Part shown: piece after piece, positions 37,960 through 46,298 of the stretch
Numbering within the stretch: position 1 is the stretch's first letter
How the letters are laid out: each line of letters starts with the position of its first letter
Assembly: GCA_037128515.1 (NCBI GenBank)
Contig: JBAXWF010000013.1
Span: forward strand, 1,547 to 65,546
Origin: Bacteroidota bacterium
GTDB taxonomy: Bacteria > Bacteroidota > Bacteroidia > Bacteroidales > CAIWKO01
Reading direction: 5' to 3'
DNA: 64,000 bases
Translations under genes and position numbers: made by a program
The notes under the pieces: model-generated
Told to the model about the DNA's origin: nothing
The model's input: only the letters and a program-made list of their open reading frames with translations
Databases searched by the model: none

Positions 37960-39579
37960 ATGAAAAAAACTCTTTGCATAATGCTATTAGTAAGCATTTT
38001 TTTATCGGTTAAAGCTCAAGACAAACCAAAAGTTATTAAATCGAAAATAAAGGAAGTAACCGTTTTTTTTAACGGGGCACAGATTACTCAATCGGGCGAT
38101 ATTATCTTGCCCGCAGGTCAAACTACTATTATGTTTGAAAACCTAACGCAATATATAACACCCCAAAGTATTCAGATAAAAGGTGAAGGTAATTTTGATA
38201 TTCTTTCGGTAGTGCATCAAATAAATTATTTAAAAAGTCAGGAAAAATCGCCTGAAGTGCTGCGGATTGAAGATTCAATTCAAATTCTTTCGAAAAATCT
38301 GACAGTACAACAAACCTATCTTACTGTTTATAGTCAGGAGGAGGGGATGTTGATAGCCAATAAAGATATAGGCGGAGATCAAAATGGTGTGAAAATCGCA
38401 GAACTGAAAGAAGCAATGGAATATTTCCGTACACGAATGATGGATATCAAAACAAATCAAATGAATATACAGGATAAAATCAATATTATTCAAAAGCGGA
38501 TTGCAATTTTGAACAATCAGTTAGCTGCATTAAACTCATATGTTACAGAACCCACAAGTGAAATTTTGGTATCGGTGAATGCCGAAACACAAGTGAATGC
38601 AAAACTTATTTTAAGTTATTATATAACCAATGCCGGGTGGACCCCAACCTACGATTTGCGAGCAGTGAATGTTACTAGCCCGATGGAACTGAATTTTCGG
38701 GCAAATGTGCATCAAAATACCGGTACCGATTGGAATGCCGTTAAACTTACGCTTTCGACAGGAAATCCACTGCAAAATGGTGTAAAGCCGATATTGAACC
38801 CTTGGTATTTATCTTTCATTAATTTGAATGGTTACGAAAATTATAAAACGGATAAGGCTCCTGCTGCATTTGCTCAAGAAAGATTGCGAAGTGAAAACAA
38901 TATGGAAGAAACCGGAAAAACAGAAACTAAAAACGGTTCAAGTGCCGATTACACCGTGGTAAATGAAACACAAACCAATATTGAATATGATATTAGTATC
39001 CCCTATTCAATACCTGCTGACGGTAAGAATTATATGGTTGAGATTCAGAAAAACACTCTTACTGCCACCTACGAGTATTATTGTGCACCAAAACTCGATA
39101 ACGATGTTTTTTTGGTGGCACATGTATGTGGTTGGGAAAAGTACAATATTGTATCGGGCGAGATGAATTTGTTTTTTGAAGGTACATACGTTGGTAAATC
39201 GTATATTGATACGCGTATAACAACCGATACGCTTGATTTTTCACTGGGAGTTGATAAAAGTATTTCGTTGAGACGCGAAAAAGTTCAGGACTTAACGAGT
39301 GTTAAAGTGATTGGTACCAATAAAAAAGAAACCTTCACATATACAATCAATGTTAGAAACAAAAAATCAATGGGTATCGATATCTTAATCGAAGATCAAA
39401 TTCCTATTTCAACAGATAAGGATATTGAAATTGAAGCATTGGAAACATCGTTGGCGAATTATGACAAAGATTACGGAAAATTATCTTGGAAATTTCAGCT
39501 GAAAGCGGCTGAAACCAAAACTCTAAAATTATCCTATTCGGTAAAATATCCGAAAGACAAACAGATTAATTTGTATTAA
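37960..39579 (+). CDS. Secreted DUF4139/MuiA-like protein
   Basis: Signal peptide; 'VTVFFNGAQITQSG...ENLTQYITPQSIQIKG' N-domain, central coiled coil, beta-rich C-domain. Confidence 0.5.
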   Translation: MKKTLCIMLLVSIFLSVKAQDKPKVIKSKIKEVTVFFNGAQITQSGDIILPAGQTTIMFENLTQYITPQSIQIKGEGNFDILSVVHQINYLKSQEKSPEVLRIEDSIQILSKNLTVQQTYLTVYSQEEGMLIANKDIGGDQNGVKIAELKEAMEYFRTRMMDIKTNQMNIQDKINIIQKRIAILNNQLAALNSYVTEPTSEILVSVNAETQVNAKLILSYYITNAGWTPTYDLRAVNVTSPMELNFRANVHQNTGTDWNAVKLTLSTGNPLQNGVKPILNPWYLSFINLNGYENYKTDKAPAAFAQERLRSENNMEETGKTETKNGSSADYTVVNETQTNIEYDISIPYSIPADGKNYMVEIQKNTLTATYEYYCAPKLDNDVFLVAHVCGWEKYNIVSGEMNLFFEGTYVGKSYIDTRITTDTLDFSLGVDKSISLRREKVQDLTSVKVIGTNKKETFTYTINVRNKKSMGIDILIEDQIPISTDKDIEIEALETSLANYDKDYGKLSWKFQLKAAETKTLKLSYSVKYPKDKQINLY

Positions 39580-39596
39580 AGAGAATCTTGAAAAAA

Positions 39597-39638
39597 AGAA
39601 AGGAAGCCAAATGCGATTGTATTTGGCTTCCTTTTTAT
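39597..39638. terminator. Bidirectional rho-independent terminator between convergent genes
   Basis: AAGGAAGCCAAAT / ATTTGGCTTCCTT stem flanked by an A-run and a T-run. Confidence 0.8.
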
Positions 39639-39654
39639 TTGATTATGGTATCAA

Positions 39655-40176
39655 TTACCATTCAAAAGCATCTTCATTCATCCATTTTCCTTGAATTTTC
39701 ATAATCTGTTCAATAATATCGCGCACACATCCGTGTCCACCTTTATAATGCGAAATATATGTTGAAATCGTTTTGATTTCTTCTGCAGCATCAGCCGGAC
39801 AAGCCGCTAAGCCTGCTAGTTTCATCACATGATAATCGGGAATATCGTCACCCATATATAATACCTGCGAAGGAGTTACATTTTTCTGGTGTAAATAGTT
39901 CTGAAAAGTTTCGATTTTATTTCCAATGCCAATAAAAACATCGGTCATGTTCAAGGTTTCGCAGCGCTTAACAATTGAATGCGAGGTTCCGCCACTGATA
40001 ATAGCTACATTGTAGCCGTTCTTTATTGCCATGTGAAGCGCATAACCATCTCTGACATATCCGGTTCGAAGTTGATCGCCCAGTTCGGTGGTTAAAACCG
40101 TACCATCAGTTAAAACACCATCGTAATCAAAAATCAATGTGTTGATATGCTTTAAAAGTTCTTTATAATTTTTCAT
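39655..40176 (-). CDS. kdsC: KDO 8-phosphate phosphatase (HAD-IIIA)
   Basis: 'LIFDYDGVLTDG', 'VAIISGG', 'YMGDDIPD'; 173 aa. Confidence 0.8.
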   Translation of the reverse strand: MKNYKELLKHINTLIFDYDGVLTDGTVLTTELGDQLRTGYVRDGYALHMAIKNGYNVAIISGGTSHSIVKRCETLNMTDVFIGIGNKIETFQNYLHQKNVTPSQVLYMGDDIPDYHVMKLAGLAACPADAAEEIKTISTYISHYKGGHGCVRDIIEQIMKIQGKWMNEDAFEW

Positions 40177-40945
40177 TCCGTTTACGTTGTATGTTTTTGG
40201 TAAGCAATTTGTATATTTCCTTATATTCGGGCAACGTATCTAATAACCGAATGTGAGCATCTAACACGTCTTTATCATTACGAATCGCAGGTCCGGTTTG
40301 AAGTTGCATGGGCGAATTACTTTGCGCCTTGATTGCTGTTTCGAGAATTAGAGGACGCAATAAATCGAAAGAAAGATGGTGTTTTGCTAAAATTTCTTCT
40401 GCTATAATATAATTCAAATTAGTAAAATTGCAAACAAAAACAGCAGCCAAATGAGTTATTTTGCGATTTGCAGAATCCAAATTCTGAACATGATTTGAAA
40501 TCATTTTTCCGAGAGATTCGAGTGCCTTATGGTTTTCATCGGAATGTGCCTCAATACAAAGAGGAATGTGCTTGAATTCGAAAACAGATGTTGCCGAAAA
40601 ATTCATCAGAGGATAAAAAACTCCGTAGTCGGAGCATGTATCAGCAAAAACTGATATATCAATACTTCCGGAGGTATGTGCAAAAATTCCCTTACATTCA
40701 GCTAATTGGTGGACTACTTGCTGAATTGCTGAATCGGAAATTGAAATCAGGTATAAATCTGCTGTGCGCGGCAATTCGTTGAGGTTGTCAGTATATAATG
40801 TGCCAATTTTATCAGCAAGTATTTGCGCGTGTGCAATATTCCGGCTATAAATGCATTGTATATTCAGCCCTGCTTTTACAAAAACAATTGCCAGATTTGT
40901 TGCCAAATTTCCTGAACCAATAAGTACAATATTGTGGATTTTCAT
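40163..40945 (-). CDS. Rossmann-fold NAD(P)-binding / DUF2520-like protein
   Basis: 'IVLIGSGNLATNLA' dinucleotide-binding motif; 260 aa. Confidence 0.55.
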   Translation of the reverse strand: MKIHNIVLIGSGNLATNLAIVFVKAGLNIQCIYSRNIAHAQILADKIGTLYTDNLNELPRTADLYLISISDSAIQQVVHQLAECKGIFAHTSGSIDISVFADTCSDYGVFYPLMNFSATSVFEFKHIPLCIEAHSDENHKALESLGKMISNHVQNLDSANRKITHLAAVFVCNFTNLNYIIAEEILAKHHLSFDLLRPLILETAIKAQSNSPMQLQTGPAIRNDKDVLDAHIRLLDTLPEYKEIYKLLTKNIQRKRNEKL

Positions 40946-40957
40946 TAGCGAAGGAAA

Positions 40958-41626
40958 TCAGTACGAAATAGTAAATGTGGTGGTGTCGAAAGCATTGCAA
41001 TAATGCGATACGGTATGCATCATGGTACTTCCATCCCTTGTTATATTATAGGTAGCTGTTACATTTTGATTACCGTAAGTCTTGCATGCGATTGTATTTG
41101 AATAATTTAATCCATGACCTTGATAAATGGTATTATCACAACACTCATAACAATTTACATAACCTGCAGTAAAACTGTAGGCTATGTGGTCGGTTGAATC
41201 ATAATTAATGACATTTTGGACCTTCAATTTGATGAAACACTCTGGATAGATATTATATACGGTAGAAAAAGTTGTTCCGGGAACAATATCCGAAGTGGTG
41301 AGTTCTATTATGTTTCCAAAATATTTTTCTTTGGCAATTGTGATTTTATACCCCGCGAATCGCTCCTCTTGAAAATCAAAAATAAATGTCCCTGAAGCAT
41401 CTGTTGTAGTGGTGGCAATATCTTCGTATCCCGAACTGAAAATACCGCCTGTATTTAATTTGCTTGCAGAAATAGTAACATTTGCCCCAACAACAGCGAT
41501 GTTGGTGTTGGGATCAAAAACTTTTGCTTCGATATGGATGGCGTTTCTTTTATCTTTATTACAGGCTGTAAAAATAAAAGCGACTGCAATAATCAGTAAG
41601 CCGAATCGATATACTTTTGAACTCAT
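40958..41626 (-). CDS. Lipoprotein with a carboxypeptidase-regulatory-like (Ig/prealbumin) N-domain, unknown function
   Basis: Lipobox 'FIFTAC'; 'VVGANVTISA...TDASGTFIF'. Confidence 0.45.
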   Translation of the reverse strand: MSSKVYRFGLLIIAVAFIFTACNKDKRNAIHIEAKVFDPNTNIAVVGANVTISASKLNTGGIFSSGYEDIATTTTDASGTFIFDFQEERFAGYKITIAKEKYFGNIIELTTSDIVPGTTFSTVYNIYPECFIKLKVQNVINYDSTDHIAYSFTAGYVNCYECCDNTIYQGHGLNYSNTIACKTYGNQNVTATYNITRDGSTMMHTVSHYCNAFDTTTFTISY

Positions 41627-41713
41627 GCGAAGTTAAATTCTCTACTTAAGTACGAAATATTTAAACTACTATTGCAGCCCGTTAAAATAAAAATTAAAAA
41701 AACACGAACAAAA

Positions 41714-42034
41714 TTAACGACTGAACCTGTTAATGCATTCAATTATTTTTTCATATACAGGTTCATTTATTGTATAGAAAGAGTTTTTGCCTGAACGGTA
41801 TGATTTTAAAATTCCGTGCGTTTTCATCATGTTGAGATGATTTGAAGCGGCTGCTTGTTCCAGATTTAATTTTTCATAAATCTGAGTAACGGTGAGCTGT
41901 TTATTAATTTCAAGTAACTCAATAATTGAAATGCGCATTGGATGAGCTAAAATTTTTAGACGGCTGGCCGCTGATTCTAATTTGTCGATATTAATTTTTT
42001 CGCTTGTAAGCATAATGTTGCGTTTTTGTTTCAA
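41714..42034 (-). CDS. ArsR/SmtB-family winged-helix transcriptional regulator
   Basis: 'LKILAHPMRISIIELL...LTVTQIYEKLNLEQAAASNHLNMMKTHGIL'. Confidence 0.8.
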   Translation of the reverse strand: MKQKRNIMLTSEKINIDKLESAASRLKILAHPMRISIIELLEINKQLTVTQIYEKLNLEQAAASNHLNMMKTHGILKSYRSGKNSFYTINEPVYEKIIECINRFSR

Positions 42035-42286
42035 TACAAAGATAAATCATTTTAGAATAAAAAACGTACAACACAAAAATAATTTTATAAATTTCTTTGA
42101 TAATAATAGTTGGTCGATTCTTTGTAGGAGCAAGTGAAATTATTTTCTGAATATGCTGATATTATTTACTATGAGTTGGCATAGATTGGTTTTTTACAAA
42201 TCGTGGTTATAACTATATAACCCCCATCAATAAAATTGCACATTTTAAAATACGCTGGTTTGCGTATAATCTGAGGAAATAAATAA

Positions 42287-42294
42287 TAAATTTG
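42287..42294 (+). promoter_or_regulatory. Candidate TAnnTTTG -7 element
   Basis: 'TAAATTTG' lies 45 bp upstream of the ATG at 42340. Confidence 0.3.
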
Positions 42295-42339
42295 TGCTTT
42301 CATCAGAAAAACGATATTTATAAACCTATCAACAAAAAA

Positions 42340-43212
42340 ATGAAAGTTTCGGGATTTACTTTTATTCGCAATGGTGTTAAATACGATTATCCTTTTATTG
42401 AAAGTATACGGTCGATTTTGCCGATTTGCGATGAGGTGGTGGTGGCGGTTGGCCGCTCGGACGACCATACCCTTGAAATGATTGAAAAAATTAATAATCC
42501 TAAAATTAAAATTATTGAAACCGTTTGGGACGAAACGCTGCGCGAGGGTGGTCGCGTGTTGGCCGACGAAACTAACAAGGCCTTGAATGCCATTTCGGCC
42601 GACAGCCATTGGGCGTTTTATGTGCAAGCCGACGAGGTGTTTCATGAGCAGGATTTGGAGGCTATTCGGCAAGCAATGATTCGATATAAGGATGATAAGC
42701 GCGTTGAAGGATTGCTGTTTCGTCATGTTAACTTTTTTGGGTCATACGACTATGTGGCCGATTCACATAAATGGGTTAAGGACGAAATTCGTATTATACG
42801 CAATGATAAAAATATTCGTTCGTGGAAAGATGCTATGAGCTTTAGAAACGGTGAGAAGGTTTTGTATGTGAAAAAGATTGATGCTACTATTTATCATTAT
42901 GGCTGGGTTAAAGACCCGCGCACACAAATGGAAAAACGTAAAGAATTTGAAAAGCTGTGGCACGACGATGCTTGGGTTGAAAAGAATGTTGCCGTTGCCG
43001 ACGAATTCGATTATCAACATATTGATGTGCTATCGGAATTTAACGGCACGCATCCGGCTGTGATGCTCGATAGAATAGAAAGGGTGAACTGGAAATTTTC
43101 GTTTAATCCGGTGAAGGCAATGAGGGTTTCGTTGCGAATTCGTTTTCTGAATTTTGTTTATCGCCACACGGGCTGGAATATTGGGCAGTTTAAAAATTAT
43201 AAAGAGATTTGA
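42340..43212 (+). CDS. Glycosyltransferase-like protein (GT2-like fold)
   Basis: 'VSGFTFIRNGVKYDYPFIESIRSILPICDEVVVAVGRSDD', 'YVQADEVFHE'. I moved the start to the ATG at 42340. Confidence 0.5.
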   Translation: MKVSGFTFIRNGVKYDYPFIESIRSILPICDEVVVAVGRSDDHTLEMIEKINNPKIKIIETVWDETLREGGRVLADETNKALNAISADSHWAFYVQADEVFHEQDLEAIRQAMIRYKDDKRVEGLLFRHVNFFGSYDYVADSHKWVKDEIRIIRNDKNIRSWKDAMSFRNGEKVLYVKKIDATIYHYGWVKDPRTQMEKRKEFEKLWHDDAWVEKNVAVADEFDYQHIDVLSEFNGTHPAVMLDRIERVNWKFSFNPVKAMRVSLRIRFLNFVYRHTGWNIGQFKNYKEI

Positions 43213-43226
43213 AATTAATTGGCAGG

Positions 43227-44921
43227 TTAGGCTTCTTGCCAATCGTTATTTGCTTTTATAATTTGAATTAGTTCGTGCAGTGCATTTGATTCGGCTATGT
43301 TTTTTGCCATCAAGGTTTTTCCTTTGTAGAGGTTTATTTTTCCGGCAGATGAACCTACGTAGCCATAATCGGCATCGGCCATTTCGCCGGGGCCGTTGAC
43401 TATGCATCCCATCACACCAATTTTTAACTGTTTTAGGTGGGACAATGATTGGGTGAGTTTTTTCAGGGTTTCTTCGACATTGAATGCTGTGCGCCCGCAG
43501 GTGGGGCAGGCAATAAACTCGGCTTTAAAGCGCCTGAGACCCATGGCTTGCAAGACCGAGAACATGAGGGCGGGGAGCTGTTGTTTGGTGTGGTTATTGG
43601 CATCGATGCAAATACCATTCAACAGGCCATCGGTGAGGAAATAGGCGAACTCGGCGGAGGCTAGCAGGGTTAATTTGTTGGGGGGATGGTTGTGGTATTT
43701 TTTATATAATATAATGGGTTGGGTGTGGTGATTTTGTTTTAGCTGGAAAAGTGCGTTTCGGGCTTCAGGCAAACTGCTGCAATGGGTGATATCGTATAGC
43801 ATGATGTGGTTAGGTGCAAACGGTTGTTTTGGGGGTTGGAATTGGGATGCATCGATGTAATGAATTGGGGCGGTTTGTTGCGTGTTGAATTTGATTAGGT
43901 TGTGGTGGTGGATATCGTAATAGATGTCGGGGGTATAGTGGGTTTCGGTTTTGGTGTTTTTGTGGGTGGTGAGGGTGAGGGGGGGATGGCTGCTGAGGAT
44001 GGGGCCGATATCGATGGTTTGGGGTTTTGTGTAACTGTATTCGTGATGAAAAGTGGCTTGGGGGTGGTTGCGGTAAGGTGCCAATTGGGCGCACAATTGT
44101 TGGGCTACTTGAATTTCATGGATGGGGTTTTCGGTGAGGGACACGCGGATGGTATCGCCCAGGCCTTCCATCAAGAGTTGGCCGATGCCTGCTGCGGATT
44201 TTATTCGTGCATCGGCGCCAGCTCCGGCTTCGGTTACACCCAAATGCAAGGGATAGTTGTAGCCGAGCTGGGCGGTTTGTGCTGCCAAAAGACGGTAGGC
44301 ATATATCATGGTTTTTACGTTGGATGATTTCATGGACAGGACTAGGTTGTGGAAGCCTTGGGCGACAAACATGCTGATGAACTCGATGGCGGAAATGACC
44401 ATGCCTTGGGGTGTGTCGCCATGGCGTTGGGTGATGCGGGGGGACAGGGAGCCGTGGTTTACGCCAATGCGAATGGCGGTGCCGTATTGTTTGCAAATGT
44501 TGATTAGGGGGGTGATGCGGGTGTTGATTTTATCTAATTCGTGTTGATATTCGGTTTGGGTGTAGTTTTTTGTGTTGTGGCTGGCTGGGGTTTTGCCTGC
44601 ATAGTTGCCGGGATTGATGCGGACTTTGTTGACGATGCGGGCGGCTATTTCGGCTGCTTCGGGTTGAAAATGTATGTCGGCAATTAATGGGACATGGCAG
44701 TTGTGGTGTTGCAATTGGGCTTTGATTTGGGCTAGGTTTTCGGCTTCGGCTTTGTTGCGGGCTGTTAGGCGCACCATTTGGCAACCGGCTGCTACGAGTT
44801 GGAGCACTTGATGGACGGTGGCTTGGGTGTGAGCGGTGTTGGTGTTGGTCATGGATTGGATGCGGACGGGGTTGGTTCCGCCGAGGGCTAAATTGCCAAT
44901 ATAGATTTCGCGGGTTATCAA
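43227..44921 (-). CDS. ispG: 4-hydroxy-3-methylbut-2-en-1-yl diphosphate synthase, long form with an internal insert
   Basis: 'VRIQSMTNT', 'RINPGN', 'RIGVNHGSL', Fe-S ligand motifs 'ACPTCGRT' and 'GCIVNGPGE'. About 180 aa of extra sequence between the barrel and the Fe-S domain. Confidence 0.9.
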   Translation of the reverse strand: MITREIYIGNLALGGTNPVRIQSMTNTNTAHTQATVHQVLQLVAAGCQMVRLTARNKAEAENLAQIKAQLQHHNCHVPLIADIHFQPEAAEIAARIVNKVRINPGNYAGKTPASHNTKNYTQTEYQHELDKINTRITPLINICKQYGTAIRIGVNHGSLSPRITQRHGDTPQGMVISAIEFISMFVAQGFHNLVLSMKSSNVKTMIYAYRLLAAQTAQLGYNYPLHLGVTEAGAGADARIKSAAGIGQLLMEGLGDTIRVSLTENPIHEIQVAQQLCAQLAPYRNHPQATFHHEYSYTKPQTIDIGPILSSHPPLTLTTHKNTKTETHYTPDIYYDIHHHNLIKFNTQQTAPIHYIDASQFQPPKQPFAPNHIMLYDITHCSSLPEARNALFQLKQNHHTQPIILYKKYHNHPPNKLTLLASAEFAYFLTDGLLNGICIDANNHTKQQLPALMFSVLQAMGLRRFKAEFIACPTCGRTAFNVEETLKKLTQSLSHLKQLKIGVMGCIVNGPGEMADADYGYVGSSAGKINLYKGKTLMAKNIAESNALHELIQIIKANNDWQEA

Positions 44922-45010
44922 TTTTGAGGTGGTGTTGGTTTGAATTTGTTTTCAACAAATGTAGGGTTTTTTGAGGTTGTGGCAATTTATTGGGTTTGCT
45001 CCGTTATTAT

Positions 45011-45096
45011 TTTAAGCGTAGGACGGCTGGGAGCCGTGCTAGGGATTGGGATGTTTAAGCGTGGGACGGAATGGAGCCGTGCTAGGGATTGGGATG
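45011..45096. repeat. Two tandem 43-bp units, each with an ACGGCT/AGCCGT-type hairpin
   Basis: TTAAGCGTAGGACGGCTGGGAGCCGTGCTAGGGATTGGGATG versus TTAAGCGTGGGACGGAATGGAGCCGTGCTAGGGATTGGGATG. Confidence 0.85.
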
Positions 45097-45126
45097 CGTG
45101 GTGGGGTTATTGCATTCTTGAATTTA

Positions 45127-45550
45127 TGCATTCGGGATGGCTGTGTTTGGGTTGCGGGATTACTTTTTTTGGAAGGAGCGGACATAATGGCAGAATTCGG
45201 CTTACATAACTGCCTTGCGGGGTTACTTGAATACCTTGCGGGATTACTTAAGCCGCTTGCCCAATTACATTTGTTGCTTGCGGGAAGACTTTTACACTTT
45301 GCGGTAATACATTTGACCTTGCCAAAAGACTTTTGGACCTTACCACATTACTTTTACACCTTCTAAAATCACTTGATATGCTTTCAATATTAGTGCGAGC
45401 TCGTTCAAGATTGCTTTTTTTGTTCCCCGGAAGCCTCAAATTGGCTCTCAGGTTACTTGAAAAGGCTCCAAAATCACTTTAATCGGCTTCGGGATTACTT
45501 GATATGCATTCGGGATTAGTATAACAAGCTTCAATCCTTAATTTAAATGA
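45127..45550. repeat. Degenerate array of about 20 units with 21-bp period, motif TTGCGG(G/A)nTTACTT
   Basis: The G of the TTG(C) core is at 45217, 45238, 45259, 45280, 45301, 45321, 45342 and 45363. 'TTGCGGGATTACTT' is at 45151 and 45236, with variants at 45215, 45488 and 45509. The flanks are more degenerate, with 1-3 nt phase slips. Confidence 0.75.
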
Positions 45551-45670
45551 CTGCAATACTCTATTTTAAATTAGTTGCATTAAAAATGAACCCTAGGTTG
45601 TGGATGGGATGGGTAAGAATTTGATTTTATGGGGTTGATTGTAACAAAATGGCAGTTTGGGGAAATTGTC

Positions 45671-45777
45671 TGAGAGCAATCCCAGAGGGATTGGATGTTG
45701 GTAAAAATAATGGGGTGAGGAATATCCCGCTCCTATGGGAGCGGAACATTGTTGTTGTTTTGTTTTTCTACCAATAT
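45671..45777. repeat. REP-like element, copy B (inverted counterpart of 28139-28245)
   Basis: See copy A. Contains TCCCGCTCC-TATG-GGAGCGGAA and AATCCC-AGA-GGGATT hairpins. An adjacent 'CTACCAATATTTCGCACCTACGGCGCG' unit lies on the same element. Confidence 0.8.
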
Positions 45778-45920
45778 TTCGCACCTACGGCGCGGAGATG
45801 AGCATGCATGACATTTATGGCGTGTGTGAAATGCGCAACATCGGGATGGGTTTTAATCCACAATAATTGAAGGGCAGCGAATTTTGTGGTGCGCGGATGG
45901 AATTGGGATGTGAGGTGAGG

Positions 45921-46087
45921 AAAACCTTATTTCATTTTTTTTTAAACTTTAGTAGAAATTATGCATGGGGAAATTTTACCTTATTACCTTATGTGTGGTT
46001 AGAAGTTTAATAAGGTAATAAGGTTTGATTGACAGGGGAAATGACGTTTCTACTAAGGTTGGAAAAGGTAAAGAAAAATAAGGTTTT
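45921..46087. other. 167-nt three-tier imperfect palindrome (candidate structured RNA or miniature inverted-repeat element)
   Basis: Paired segments: 45921-45932/46076-46087 (12 bp), 45945-45958/46047-46060 (14 bp, 1 mismatch) and 45978-45991/46011-46024 (14 bp perfect). Both internal loops carry GGGGAAAT. Confidence 0.6.
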
Positions 46088-46298
46088 TTTTGGTGTGGGT
46101 TAATTGGTGGGGTGAGCTTCGGCTAGGCTCTGCGCGGCTGGGAGATGCTCCCGCACTTTGCTGAGTTTTTTTACTGTAGGACAGCTTGGCGCCATAATGC
46201 CACGGATTTTGAATTGCTGCTTGAGGTTTGTTTGTGGAATGAAACTTTTTGTTATCTTTGTTATTGTTTTTAGGATGTGGAATTTAAAAAATTGGATT

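Noticed and set aside
42169-42726. 185-aa minus-strand ORF overlapping the glycosyltransferase-like gene
   Set aside because: It is antisense to a gene with recognisable motifs. The translation has no features and runs into the promoter region.
43396-44985. Pro/His/Arg-rich ORFs (43810-44094, 44116-44496, 44530-44985 minus; 43396-43664, 43902-44327, 44308-44547 plus) within ispG
   Set aside because: These are alternate frames or antisense of ispG, whose frame carries all the canonical motifs. The open frames result from strong strand-compositional bias.
45046-45366. 106-aa ORF ('...LAGLLEYLAGLLKPLAQLH...') and neighbouring ORFs 44940-45209 (+) and 45248-45439 (-) across the second array
   Set aside because: Same reasoning as above. 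These are repeat-generated open frames with low-complexity translations, mutually overlapping, with no start context.
28139-45777. Composite transposon or genomic island bounded by the inverted 107-bp repeats
   Set aside because: There is no transposase, integrase, tRNA target or direct target-site duplication. The block contains core genes (kdsC, ispG). I kept it only as a possible inversion substrate in the findings.
45593-45784. 63-aa minus-strand ORF across REP-like copy B ('...YFYQHPIPLGLL...')
   Set aside because: The translation simply tracks the leader-plus-hairpin units. The equivalent copy A has no matching ORF.
45873-45881. DnaA-box-like 'TAATCCACA' (8/9 to TTATCCACA) plus TGCGGATGG-type cores and an AT-rich hairpin region, as a possible oriC
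   Set aside because: There is only one near-consensus box. The array cores match the DnaA box at about 6/9. No dnaA, dnaN or gidA lies nearby. The G>C skew has the same sign on both sides rather than switching.
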